In this document: positions 53,201 to 64,000 of the stretch, piece by piece
How the letters are laid out: the number at the start of each line of letters is the position of its first letter
Position numbering within the stretch: position 1 is the stretch's first letter
Origin: Tubulanus polymorphus
Taxonomy: Eukaryota > Animalia > Nemertea
NCBI RefSeq assembly: GCF_964204645.1
Contig: NC_134030.1
Coordinates: 8,103,122-8,167,121 of the forward strand
DNA: 64,000 nucleotides
Direction of reading: 5' to 3'
Position numbers and translations under genes: made by a program
The notes under the pieces: model-generated
What the model was told of the DNA's origin: nothing
Databases searched by the model: none
What the model saw: the letters and a program-made list of their open reading frames with translations, nothing else

Positions 53201-56200
53201 GATAGCATGAAATATGGGGAATTTGAGGTGTTTTGCGGGAATGATCTGGTACGAAAATGGAAAGAAAGTAGTGTCCCACCCCCTGGTTATGGGTTATGCT
53301 TAGTGTATTTTACTCTTTTTCCTCTCCTTGACATCCCAACAATCGTATAATGATTGGTTTCTGATTAGCATTTCAGCTACTAACTATTATCTGATCTCTG
53401 TTTCTGCTCAAGCTGCTAGGAGCCATCTGTGCAACAGCATTAGATATGCATGTTGATAAGTGGCTAATATGTGGCTGCATAAGATTAGAGCTAAACTAAC
53501 CGGTCAACTGCCGGTCATTTTATTTAGATTGATCCGAATGATAGAACAGATCAGTAACTGCTGAGCTTTCTGAAGTGCTGATGGGTGACTTGAAAGAATA
53601 TTCTTGTTCATGCATCAAATCTGCAATTGATTTCAATTTTACCAGAATAAATGACCAAGGCAGATTGGGTATGTTGGAAGAAGTGTCATTAGGGGCAAAT
53701 CTACCAATGCTTGGTTTTACTGAAATCTCTTACATGAACAGGGTGGTCACTGACCTAGAAAACCTGGAAAACTCAGGGAATCAGAAAAACCAGGAAATTT
53801 GGATAATGCTTTTTGACCGCATGTTTCTTTATCAATATGTAATTCAATGAAAAATGAATTAATTGTAACATTTGAACCCTACAAATTTCTCTGATTCACA
53901 TTCACTCAGGGAGTTATGTGTAGTGGGGCGGAAAATTCAGGGATATGTAAATGGGTGGAAAGTGGCAACCCTGAGAACTATTTCAAGGTGCTGAATGACA
54001 GTTATGTCTACAGAATCGATGGTTCTATGTTCCAACAATACCCTGAACCCTCACTGCTTGTACAATCGATGTTTGCTTTGATTTTCTCGATGCTCACAAG
54101 TTCCTTGCCCTCCAAAATTGCAGTGTGTATGCAGGAGTTCTTCGCCAAAGCTAAGGGTCGCATTCCCAATCTTGCCGGCGTGAAGTTTTCATCTTCAGAA
54201 TTCATGGACGCAGTGAACGTATTGAGAATGGACGACGGCCATTTCCAAGTCCTTCTCATCTGTGACGAGGTAAGAGTGTTAATCGAAAGGGGTGTGGATT
54301 TTACGGTAGGTAGGTCCAACTTCTGAGTCAAGCACTCTGAAGAATCAGTAAGTAACAGAAAAAGTTTGAGGTTCAAACCATTTTCAGATACTGGTAAATT
54401 TCCAAGATTCCAATACTCAATTTGAATTTCTTTTCAATTGAGGAAAATTCAGTTTGACACATTCACTGCTTATGCTGCAATTTTCAGAAATTCAAACTGC
54501 CAGCCACTTCCCCTTTGCCAGTTTGGAAAACAGCTACGAGTCAATTAGTAGTAGTTGTATTAGTTATTGTCTCTTTTAGATGACTGAATTTATCAGCTTC
54601 AAACTAGGAAAAGACCTACTTTGAAGTTCAACGTGTTAAGCTAATTCAAGTTAAATTTGAATTAAGATATGACATTCATTTCTTTGGGTCCATCAGTGAC
54701 ATAGTAAGGTGGAGCAACTGTCTTTGCGCAAATTAAAGCCATCCACTTGTGAGAGGTCACTCCAGTTACGCCCAATTTACATGGTATCTAAAAAACTGTG
54801 TATCTCAAATGTTAATCTGCATATACAGCTGACTGGTCTTATGTGATTATTTTCAGTTATATCTGGGTGCGATGGCACTGGGTATCGAGTGGGCAGTCGG
54901 TTCGACGTACAACTTCATGCCGCGTGTCGTACATCGCATGGTCGAAGCATTCAACCGCGGTGACATCCACCAGGCTAAGCTCGAACAACGTCGCATTCAA
55001 GACGTCATTCGCGTTCGTAATAAATATGGTAAATAGCGGGCGGATAACACGATCATGAATCAAATTCATCTGTTTTAACCTTGAGAACCCACGAGTTCAA
55101 TTATGGACCTCTCCTAATCCACCCGGGGTCAATTTTGATCTATCCAAAAACCATATCAACGTGAAAATATATCCAAATGGGATATTGATTTGGCATAAGA
55201 GTCACAAAAAAAACTAAAAAAAACATGAATGCGTCATTTTATCTTCTGCCAGAAGTATGCTTTGGTTCCCCGGGGTTAGTTAGAGACCTTATCTTTCAAT
55301 TGCTATCAATTAACAGTCATATTGTGGCAAATACCGGTGGAGCGATCTTTCTATTTCAAAATTAAGATTGGAAAATTTATCTAAAGGTGAAGGAATAATA
55401 TTTCTTATCACTCCTCTTATCACAAAACTTGTACCTGAAATCCTGTCGCAAAGCAATACCGATAGACCGATACTGACTCACTAAATTAAGCCTTCGATTC
55501 GAATGATTTTGATTCGAAAGTTTTAAAGAAATGTTTCTGATATATTTCTGGAATATTTACGTGTTATTCAGAGCAACTACAAGCCGGACAACATGCTACA
55601 CGCCCTACCCATGGTAACATAGCTATCTTTATGAAATTTTAATCATACCGCTGTCTATCTTTCTATCATCATGCATGGTTGTTTTTCACTTCTGCCGATC
55701 AATGCACCGATGGTGTCATCTCGTAACGTCACTGAAACCATATTTTCCCAAATCCATCTCATACTTTATATATATATATATCCTCATAGTATGTTCCCCA
55801 AGACGATAAATTGTAGTACAGAAAATAACTTGAGACAGCGTATTTACATGTCATAGCTTAACTCGGGTAGAATAAAACCTGATGCATGGATTCAATGAAG
55901 AATGATTAAAATCATCCATTATTCAAGAAAAAATGGCTTCATTTGCTTCCGATGGACACATGAACATATTTTGCATATTCAGTTTTCCTGTGGTCATTGT
56001 TGATTCTTTGAATGAGCCTCTTTAGCATTGTTTAAAATCAACTTCTTGACTTTTTTCTCGGAAGATTTTCAAATCATAGAGATTTATAGCATTTCATTCC
56101 CCCTTTCAATGTGTGTGCCTGTGTGATCTAGTAATTTAGTGTTTAATTATTTCAATTTCAGTGTCTGAGGTGAATTAACATTTTGTATTATACTGATATT

Positions 56201-56813
56201 TTTTTCTTACGTTTAAAACTAGTCTGTGAGAAACATTTTTCCCAGGGGAGTGTTTCATAGACAGACAAAGAATTATTTGATGCAAGGGAATATACGTATT
56301 CTATCTATGTCTATGAAACTGGCCCCAGGTCTGTTGGAAATCTAGGTGTTTCATTGCTTTCTAATGATATTAATCATTTTCGATGTAGGCAAAACGGTTG
56401 CGGAAACGAAAGAATTCATGCCGCTGATCGGCTTAGATATGGGACCTCCGCGACTGCCATTGAAACCATTGAGCAACGATCTGCGCGAGCAATTTCGAAA
56501 AGATCTCGAAAACATCGGCTTTTTCACGTGGATCCAAGAACGCGTGTCGAGCGTTTCGAGTCCGGTCCGATCGCCCTCGCTCGACCAGTCATCGGGAGCG
56601 CCGGTCAAAAAGCGCATGTTAAGCCGCGGTACGAGTCTGCTGACGTCCGATTCGGACGAGCCGAGCACACCACCGCCGCACGATCACCACGGCACCCACG
56701 AATTACCGCACAGTACATACACGCCGCCGCATCATTCGTCATCGGCCGAGTCGAAACGTACGTCATTCGAACATCACGGACACTCGAACAGTATCACGTT
56801 ACTGACCGAATAG
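47238..56813 (+). CDS. NPL: N-acetylneuraminate lyase (DHDPS/NAL family)
   Basis: Tentative first exon 47238-47246 (MEK); then 50836-50897, 50980-51050, 51464-51551, 51651-51784, 52061-52153, [53094-53248 or 54124-54269], 54857-55028, 56389-56813; [42 protein letters not shown]. Confidence 0.92.
47687..47835 (+). mobile_element. tRNA-derived SINE-like dispersed repeat, copy 2
   Basis: A-box-like TGGTCTAGTGG and B-box-like GGTTTGAGTC; aligns with 32374-32518. Confidence 0.6.
48846..49397. repeat. Perfect 45-bp inverted repeat pair
   Basis: 48846-48890 is the exact reverse complement of 49353-49397. Confidence 0.9.
52608..52918. mobile_element. MITE
   Basis: TAGGGGTGGATCCAG...CTGGATCCGCCCCTG flanked by TACTA. 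Confidence 0.65.
53094..53248 (+). CDS. NPL: NPL alternative exon 7A (catalytic lysine segment)
   Basis: CAG/GT flanked, phase 1 to 0; [23 protein letters not shown]...FEVFCGNDL. Confidence 0.85.
54124..54269 (+). CDS. NPL: NPL alternative exon 7B (catalytic lysine segment)
   Basis: CAG/GTAAG flanked, phase 1 to 0; [23 protein letters not shown]...FQVLLICDE. Confidence 0.85.
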
Positions 56814-57662
56814 AACGATGCAGAAAATCGAAGCTGGACAAAGCGAGTTTAACCACGCGGTAAGAAAATGAAGTTCGCAGTTTGCTTTATAAAGGCGACC
56901 ATCCGGAGTGGAGATTAGGAATAGATCGATTATATCTATGTCTTTACATGTATGTTGTCGCTATAGAAGGCTTCGCTTCACTAACATTTGTTAATTCAGG
57001 CTATGTTCAATTATTGTGTAGAAGTAGAATAATGTACTAATAGAGTAGACCTCGCTTAATCCCGATCAGTTCAGTCCAGATTCTGATCCAACCTCAATAT
57101 TATGTCTACTGATTGGATATTTTCTTATAAGCTGGATGAATTTCATCGGTTTTAAATGACCCAGATTAAGCGCGGTCTGCTGTTATAATGATAATTGGTC
57201 AGAATACTGATCTCTTTAGGGAGGAGGTGGTTTGGATCTAGAAATGTGATCGATTGAATAACGTATTCTACTCAAAGTATCAATGGTTATTTCTAAAATC
57301 TTAAGTGGAATGGGATACATGGATTATCATCATACTGCGCTATACCGAAACGAAGTGTCTTTTCTAGTGTTGTTGGTTCTAATTGGTAAATCAGGAATAT
57401 GGTCATTAAGATCGGCCAATCACAGAACATTTAACATACTTCGATTGAAAGTAAGATTCCTTTTGTCAATGAGGATTTGATTATCTAGTCCATTTGATGC
57501 CGGAACTAGTTCAGTTTGCACCCGGTACGTTAAATTTGACGTGAAAATTACTGTTGTATATTATCATTACTTAGTTAACTATAGAATCAACTCTCATCTC
57601 AGGACTGTGTGGAACTGGGTGCTGGGCTGGTTTAGTCAGATTGTAAAGTTCATATTAAAACT

Positions 57663-58006
57663 CATCCTCCCTCGGCGAGGATTCGAACCCGATGGCATCG
57701 CTAGACTCAACCACGGCACACAACCCTGCCACGCTTGACCGGGTGCACAGGTAAATGCGCAGATTTGCCACAACAAAACTTGCAGTCACCAATCACATTG
57801 CCCCCTGCATAATGTTCGCTGAGGAAAATTTCATGGATTAACTATAACTGGAATAACCCAGGCTAAAATAAAACAGGATTTCTGATTGGTTGATAATGAC
57901 ATCATCTGAGCTGCACATGTAGCCGTGCACTCGGTCTGGTATGGCAGGGTTTCGCACCGTGGCGAGTCTCGATGCTATTGGGTTAGAATCCTCTCCGGGG
58001 AAGATG
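57663..58006. mobile_element. Two oppositely oriented tRNA-like SINE heads (57663-57752 on -, 57921-58006 on +)
   Basis: B-boxes GGTTCGAATCC (minus copy) and GGTTAGAATCC (plus copy); the copies align with each other. Confidence 0.6.
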
Positions 58007-61000
58007 GTTAAACGAGGACAGTAGAAATGTGGCATTATCTTCACGGATGTTGTGCTATTAATCGTACATTTAACCAGTTATTAATGAAGCATTTAATGTT
58101 ACTTTACCTCTAATGTTGTTGTACGTATGCGAAATTGATCTCATCATGAATTTGAAGTTAATCTGTTGAAATATGTATAAGTGTATGCCGTAAATCTTCC
58201 AGGGAAATGTGTGCTTATCTTCCTGCATTAAATTAGTTTCAAAGTACCGGTACATGTGTAATACTGAGTGTGCTTCTAATGCTACAAAACTTCAAATGAA
58301 GAAAGTTGATAGAACAATTATTCCTACCCAATTTTAAGATTGGATTCAGGTAGTAATGTTTTTTAAGTAATTTTTTTACCATTCCGTTTTCCTGCTTGTT
58401 ATTTAGGCAAACTAATTGTTTTGAAGATAGAATAGTGTGAAGTATATAGGGATGTTGAGTAAGCAGACATTTTTATTGTTTTGACATTGATTACGAATTA
58501 ATGTACGCATATTATTATTTTATCAGTATGAATGTATCTTATTTAAGTATATACAGTATATATCTATATATGGAAGAAATAAAATGTTAAGTCAATCAAT
58601 ACTCATTTTATCAATTATTATATCCTGTTAGTATCTATCTAATTCAGGAATCAATAGGAGATTTGAATCTTAAATCCATTGTGAAGAAATGAGCAGAAAC
58701 TTCTGAAGCAGTGTAGGAAAAGGATATAACTAAAAGGAGATATTTTCTTTGAACATACGTCACACTTTTTCAGTCATTATTTCATATGGCACTGATCCAG
58801 CAGATTCTTTGAAACGATGTGCATTTTTACGCCTGGCTCATTGTCGTAGCAATTCAGAATTAGTTTCGTTTCATTTCTTTATTTCCGTGGATTATTCCGC
58901 TGTATAACGAATATGATCTGACCTAAATCGCTACCGATGATGACAAGTCTTCTGACGCATATTTCACACAAAAGCCGTAGTATTTTTCGTTCGTGCGAAT
59001 GAACAGGATGGGTTTAGCTGAGCTACAACGAACTGTGGACACTGAGAGCGATTGTTTAATACGCTATTATTAGCTCGGGTTTATAGCGTCTTACGTAAAC
59101 TGGTTGGAATGTTAGTTATTCTAGTTATTTCTGATGGTTTACATCTCTGTAAAGTAATCACTTTTATTATATATTGCGTAGATAGGAGGTTCAGCATAGT
59201 ATTAGAAATATCCGATGGTAGCGAGTGCAATGCGCGCGTCGAAAAGAATTTCAGAAATATACCCAATACACTACACTACGCCTTGTAAAACAATAGAACA
59301 TTCTGCTAACACTTTTCATCTAGATGTTTACATTTAAAAACTACTACTACATAGTAGTTTTTGGGTATGAATGTTAAAAGTCCGGCACTGAATGGAACTG
59401 AACACGCCTAGTCTAGACGGCGTACAAACACATTAAAGCGTTCCTGTAGATTTTTTCGTTCTTTTATTCAAGACTTCAAGCGAATGGTAATTGATGAATT
59501 GGGAAGCAATTTTTCATGCTAAGCCACAAGCGATTCTGCCATCTTGAGGAGAAATTCCTTACTACATTATTGAACGTTTACATTTTTCGGTGATGATATT
59601 GAATAGGAAAAGTATAGTTGTACGTGCGTTATACAAAAAAAATCTATTATGATCATCTGAGTGGCCGAAAACATGAATAGGAGATGCAATGAGCCTCGAA
59701 AAATGACACAGATGGATAATAATAACATATTCTGTTTTATTGCCTCATGCTGCCCTCTTTTAGCAGACACATTAACTTGCATAAATATGGGTTAAGGTCT
59801 TCTGGGTCAACTGAGGTATTTTGATTCTGTGTTAACAGTATTAGCTACCGCTGTCTGCCATCGGAGGGCAGCACTGATGCATTTGTTGCGTAAATGCGTA
59901 ATAGTGTGACTTCTATTTTTGTACGTGTATATATGTATATAAATATATATGTATATAGCATGTCTTACATAATTGCATGAAACAAATGGGGTAAATTGAA
60001 GGTACTGACTAAATATTCAACATTCTGAGTTCAGATTTTGATATGATTAATTAGTTGATGTGACTGAGTTCAACAGATAGCCATTAAGCTGGATTTTGAT
60101 GTGTTGATGACAACGCTACAGACCAAAATAGATTCTAAAGATGTCTGCGCAGAGCACGGGTACAAAGTTACGTAATTGTCGGGCCCGATATTGCGTAACC
60201 TTTCCTGCGTGGATGTGATTGATTTATACATCGGGCAGCAATCGGCCTGGATTCTAGGGGCCCGATTCAAATAATCGCGCGCGACGCGCAGTATGACGTT
60301 AGCACGTTTGGAATTTGTTTTCGATTGAAGTGAATGTCATCAAGGATGATGATGATGTAACTTAATGTCAAACTGTGTTGTGAATATTTTTCGAGACGCC
60401 AACGTTCCATACTTTAACTATACTTGGAATAATGTTTAGGATTTCGACATTAACGGATTCATGAAAGGATTAACTCGTCGTAATCATAATTTTCATAGGT
60501 TTCCGCCTAATTCTTTACAGGAGCAACCCCAGAATTGGTTCTGTCATACCAAACGCTCGAAATGTATGTATTTTCAGATTAACTACATGTCTGCCTGAGC
60601 AAAATAAAAAATTCAGACACTTATGACGCTTTTTCGCATAATCGAACCAAACGCATGGTCCTTGATGGCCACCGTTCAAATTCCCGCCATCTTAACTTCA
60701 GTTATTGCTAGCGCCACCTATATCAAAAGTTGTTTCTTAGAAATTGTTATCGACGTTATCTTTAGAAATTCATCTGAAATTGTTAAAAAATGGATTTCTT
60801 ATAATATGATCAAGCCCAGTTGATGAGACCGGACTCGTGTCTCGGTTCGGTAACTTTTTTTTCAACTTCCTACTTTTTTCCTTGGTCACGTGATTTAGAG
60901 TTAGAACATTTTGTTTTGGCGGGAAAAGCTTTCTTTGGTGCGATCTAGATACTTAAGTTTAAATTTGGTGGACCCAAAAAAACTGCAGCATTGATGCCCT

Positions 61001-64000
61001 GATCACCAACAGAACAGATTTAGGGTTGAAATAAGTTTGACAGATCAATTCAAATGTTCAACAGTCAATGTAAGGCTAGCACAGTTACAACAATCTCCCT
61101 GGCTCCCTGGACACTTGTATACCTGTGTGTATCCCTTTTCTAGTCGGGAGGTTAAGAACTGTTTTTCAAGAAGAAAGTTACCTGAGAATGAGTTTGACCA
61201 ATTGAAATCAGTGCGTTATGGACATGACAATCTTTCATTTGATTCCATGAAGATATGAAAAAATTCATTACTTCTTGTCGATATATGTTCAGTGCTAGTA
61301 TTGCTACCACCTTCATTGTAAAATCAATATCGCGGTAAACGCTATTTATTTCGAGGCAACGTCGGAAAAACAGTCGTCAATAATATCCTTTTCTTATTCA
61401 TTCCACGGCAAGTCAAGAGCATGCTGAGAGGGTCTGTACGCTGCTGCCAGCTTGCCAGACACAGGCGACCACTCAATTGGCATAAATCTTTAATAAATGC
61501 AGACGCAAGGTTGAATATTTTGTGACAGATTTTCCTCAGTAACCGTAACCGTCAACGACGATGACGACGATGGCAGAAGAAGCAGACGGCATTAAGATAT
61601 GCGATAATAATTAACCGTTTTGTGCCCTGATAACGTACATAAGTAATTTTAATGTCTAGACATGAAGGTACCAACGCGGCTACACGGAAACAATTTCCGC
61701 CATTTTCCCCCTGATAATCGGGTTTGGCCAAACAAATTTTTGAATATGCAATATCTTTTCAATGTACGGAATTCAGCGCAATGACAGCATAGCAACTGAC
61801 ATTGGAGACCTGTTATTATAGAAGATTTGAGTATGAAATATATAGCAATCGTTGAATTTGGATTAGTAAATGCACGTATATATTTGATAGCTTAAATGGA
61901 GATGGATTAGTCTGAAACTGGCTGTAACCTAACCCGAATTATGTAATTTCTTTATAAAAACATATTATGGTTATTATGAATGTTATTTTACCATTTGTCT
62001 TTGATTCACAAATAATTCAGTCTTTTCAACAGGATTTTGCCATTTTTAAGTATCTCGTACTTAGATGAATACAACGGATTTCCAACCATGTTATTTGCAA
62101 GCACGTTTTTGGCTCCCTCGAAGCAGAAATGAATTTGGTCAAGGAAGAGGGATTTGTTCCGACATGAAGAAATAGATACAACATGATGAAATGTATCCGC
62201 TCAATATACGTAAACCCCTTTGCCACACAGCGAAGCGGATATGCAATCAAGTACAGTGTATACTTGTATATATATATCGACAGTTTTGTCTATGTATGGT
62301 TAATAATGAAATAACCTTACGTGTTGATATTCCTATACTTTCATTTAAATAAATTATCTTCGTCGATGTGAGGACATATTTATTGACCCAATACAATTGC
62401 ACTTATTGATATAAGGACGTCTGCTGTCTGACTGTATTTAGTTAGCAACCAGACACCCAATAAAAATCGGTTTGACAAAATGTCAATGATTTATAGACCT
62501 GGAAGTCGGCACGAACAATTCATATAGGTTGATTATTCAAAGAGAAAAAAATCCCAGCAAAAGTTCGTCATTTTATAATTCGGAAAAACCGACTTTTGAA
62601 CCCATAACAATACTGAAATCGTGTATTTGATCTTAGCCCAATAGAGAATATCTGTTGACTACCTTGAAAACACATATTCTCATGGTATCAGATATATCAT
62701 TAAAGGTGAAATATATCGCAAACACACCTACTAAATAGGCCATTTTCTAAAGATAATCGTATGTGGTTGCCAGCATACTGAAAATTATTTGAGGTTTAAA
62801 TCAAATGAAATAGCAGTCAACAATTGAAAGTTGTACTTTGTCCCTCATAAAGGAAACATTGACAGTTCAGGTGACTTTGATCAAATAGAAGCTTGAATTC
62901 TATCGTGACATTTGATTTATGGTCAAGATTCTTGTGGTTAGATTGACGTGTTTGCGGTTTTGAATCTACAGTCGCTTTATAATTCAAAGCTTTTTTATCA
63001 GATGCAGATATTTTTCAAATGAGAACCATGGATACATGATCAGACATGTGCCAACAATTATTTGGAAACATGAAGACTATTTGTTCCAAAATATTTAAAA
63101 ATTGAGAACAATCATTCTGGCCTCTTCAAAGGCTGAGACAGATTTTGAATTCTGGAAAGGGAAGGAGGATGTGGAAGCCATGTTATCATGTTGTGAGGAA
63201 TATTTTGGCTGACTGGGGTGTCTGAAATTTAGGAAAATTAATACTTTTTGGAAGCATTTTCTCCGTCAAAACAAGAATATTGCCAAAGCAAGTAGATTTT
63301 TCATACCATAATGTGACTGAAGGGCAGTATATAAGGCCCCTTTTTTATAAGAAATGAGCTCCGCGCAGCCCCCTAAATCCACCTGATAGTTTAGCACGCT
63401 ATTGAGCTGCTATTTTTCAAATTTTTAAAATCAGAATTAGTTTCTCGTGAAAGCTGAGAATGCTCATTCGATGCGTTTTTGAGATTAGAGCTTATTTTGA
63501 CGATCAAATTTGATGAACCAAGATTGTCTAAAAGCGTATACTAATGTCAGATAACCAACTATAACTGCTTTTCGAGAAAAAAATAGTCATCGCTAATTTT
63601 AGACAAAACGTATACGTTCATTCATGTCGAAAAACTCAGTTGAATAGGAAGTTATGTTTTTTAACGTAGGCGTATATCATTCATGCAAGCTATACATTTT
63701 TTCCATGCATTTAGCTATTTTATAGAAGGCCGCGTATACAATGATTCTGTTCAAGAAACAAGCATACGACATCGCGACGCCATATTTAGAATAAACATGT
63801 GATGTCTTATGCAGTCACCTTAGAATTTGCCTACGTTGCATATTTATATCCTTTAAGAGCCATGGTAGCCAGGCCAGAAATTTCAAATGTCTCGTTCGAG
63901 GAGGCTTTTTCAGAGCTACTGATATCCTAATTTTCTGCATTTATTAATTGCATTCGTCCTGATAAATTCCGATATATGCGTATACAGAAATTTGAAAGGC

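Noticed and set aside
58600-64000. Scattered 60-80-aa ORFs and CpG-rich patches near 60270 and 61550
   Set aside because: No recognisable protein or consistent exon chain; may hold UTR exons of a gene extending outside the window.

Overview
Gene-dense animal (probably invertebrate) genomic DNA with GT-AG introns; the taxon cannot be fixed from the sequence. Six multi-exon host genes can be reconstructed: Ran (+), neuferricin/CYB5D2 (-), ATPSCKMT/FAM173 (+), YME1L1 (+), a FASTK/RAP-domain gene (-) and N-acetylneuraminate lyase NPL (+). A two-exon TXNL1 relic (-) is also present. The main finding is an 8.2-kb, very AT-rich virus-like element (3930-12123) with a 6-bp target-site duplication (AATATC) and AGT...ACT ends, inserted in the TXNL1 relic intron. 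It encodes a Polinton-type integrase with chromodomain, an A32/FtsK-type packaging ATPase, an HNH nuclease, a zinc-finger protein and two small predicted membrane proteins; no DNA polymerase, protease or capsid gene is recognisable. Each end is itself a fold-back hairpin whose mismatches are G-T wobbles on the strand whose 3' end lies there. The element is a tail-to-tail dimer of two diverged sibling genomes around a central hairpin, which suggests an integrating, hairpin-primed element distinct from canonical Polintons (inference). Other highlights: duplicated mutually exclusive exons carrying the catalytic lysine of NPL; a G-U-biased 800-nt hairpin enclosing structured tandem repeats (1276-2074); a TTAA-flanked transposon containing a satellite array, into which a Penelope element with a minimal hammerhead ribozyme has inserted; and many MITEs. 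All alignments and counts were done by eye.
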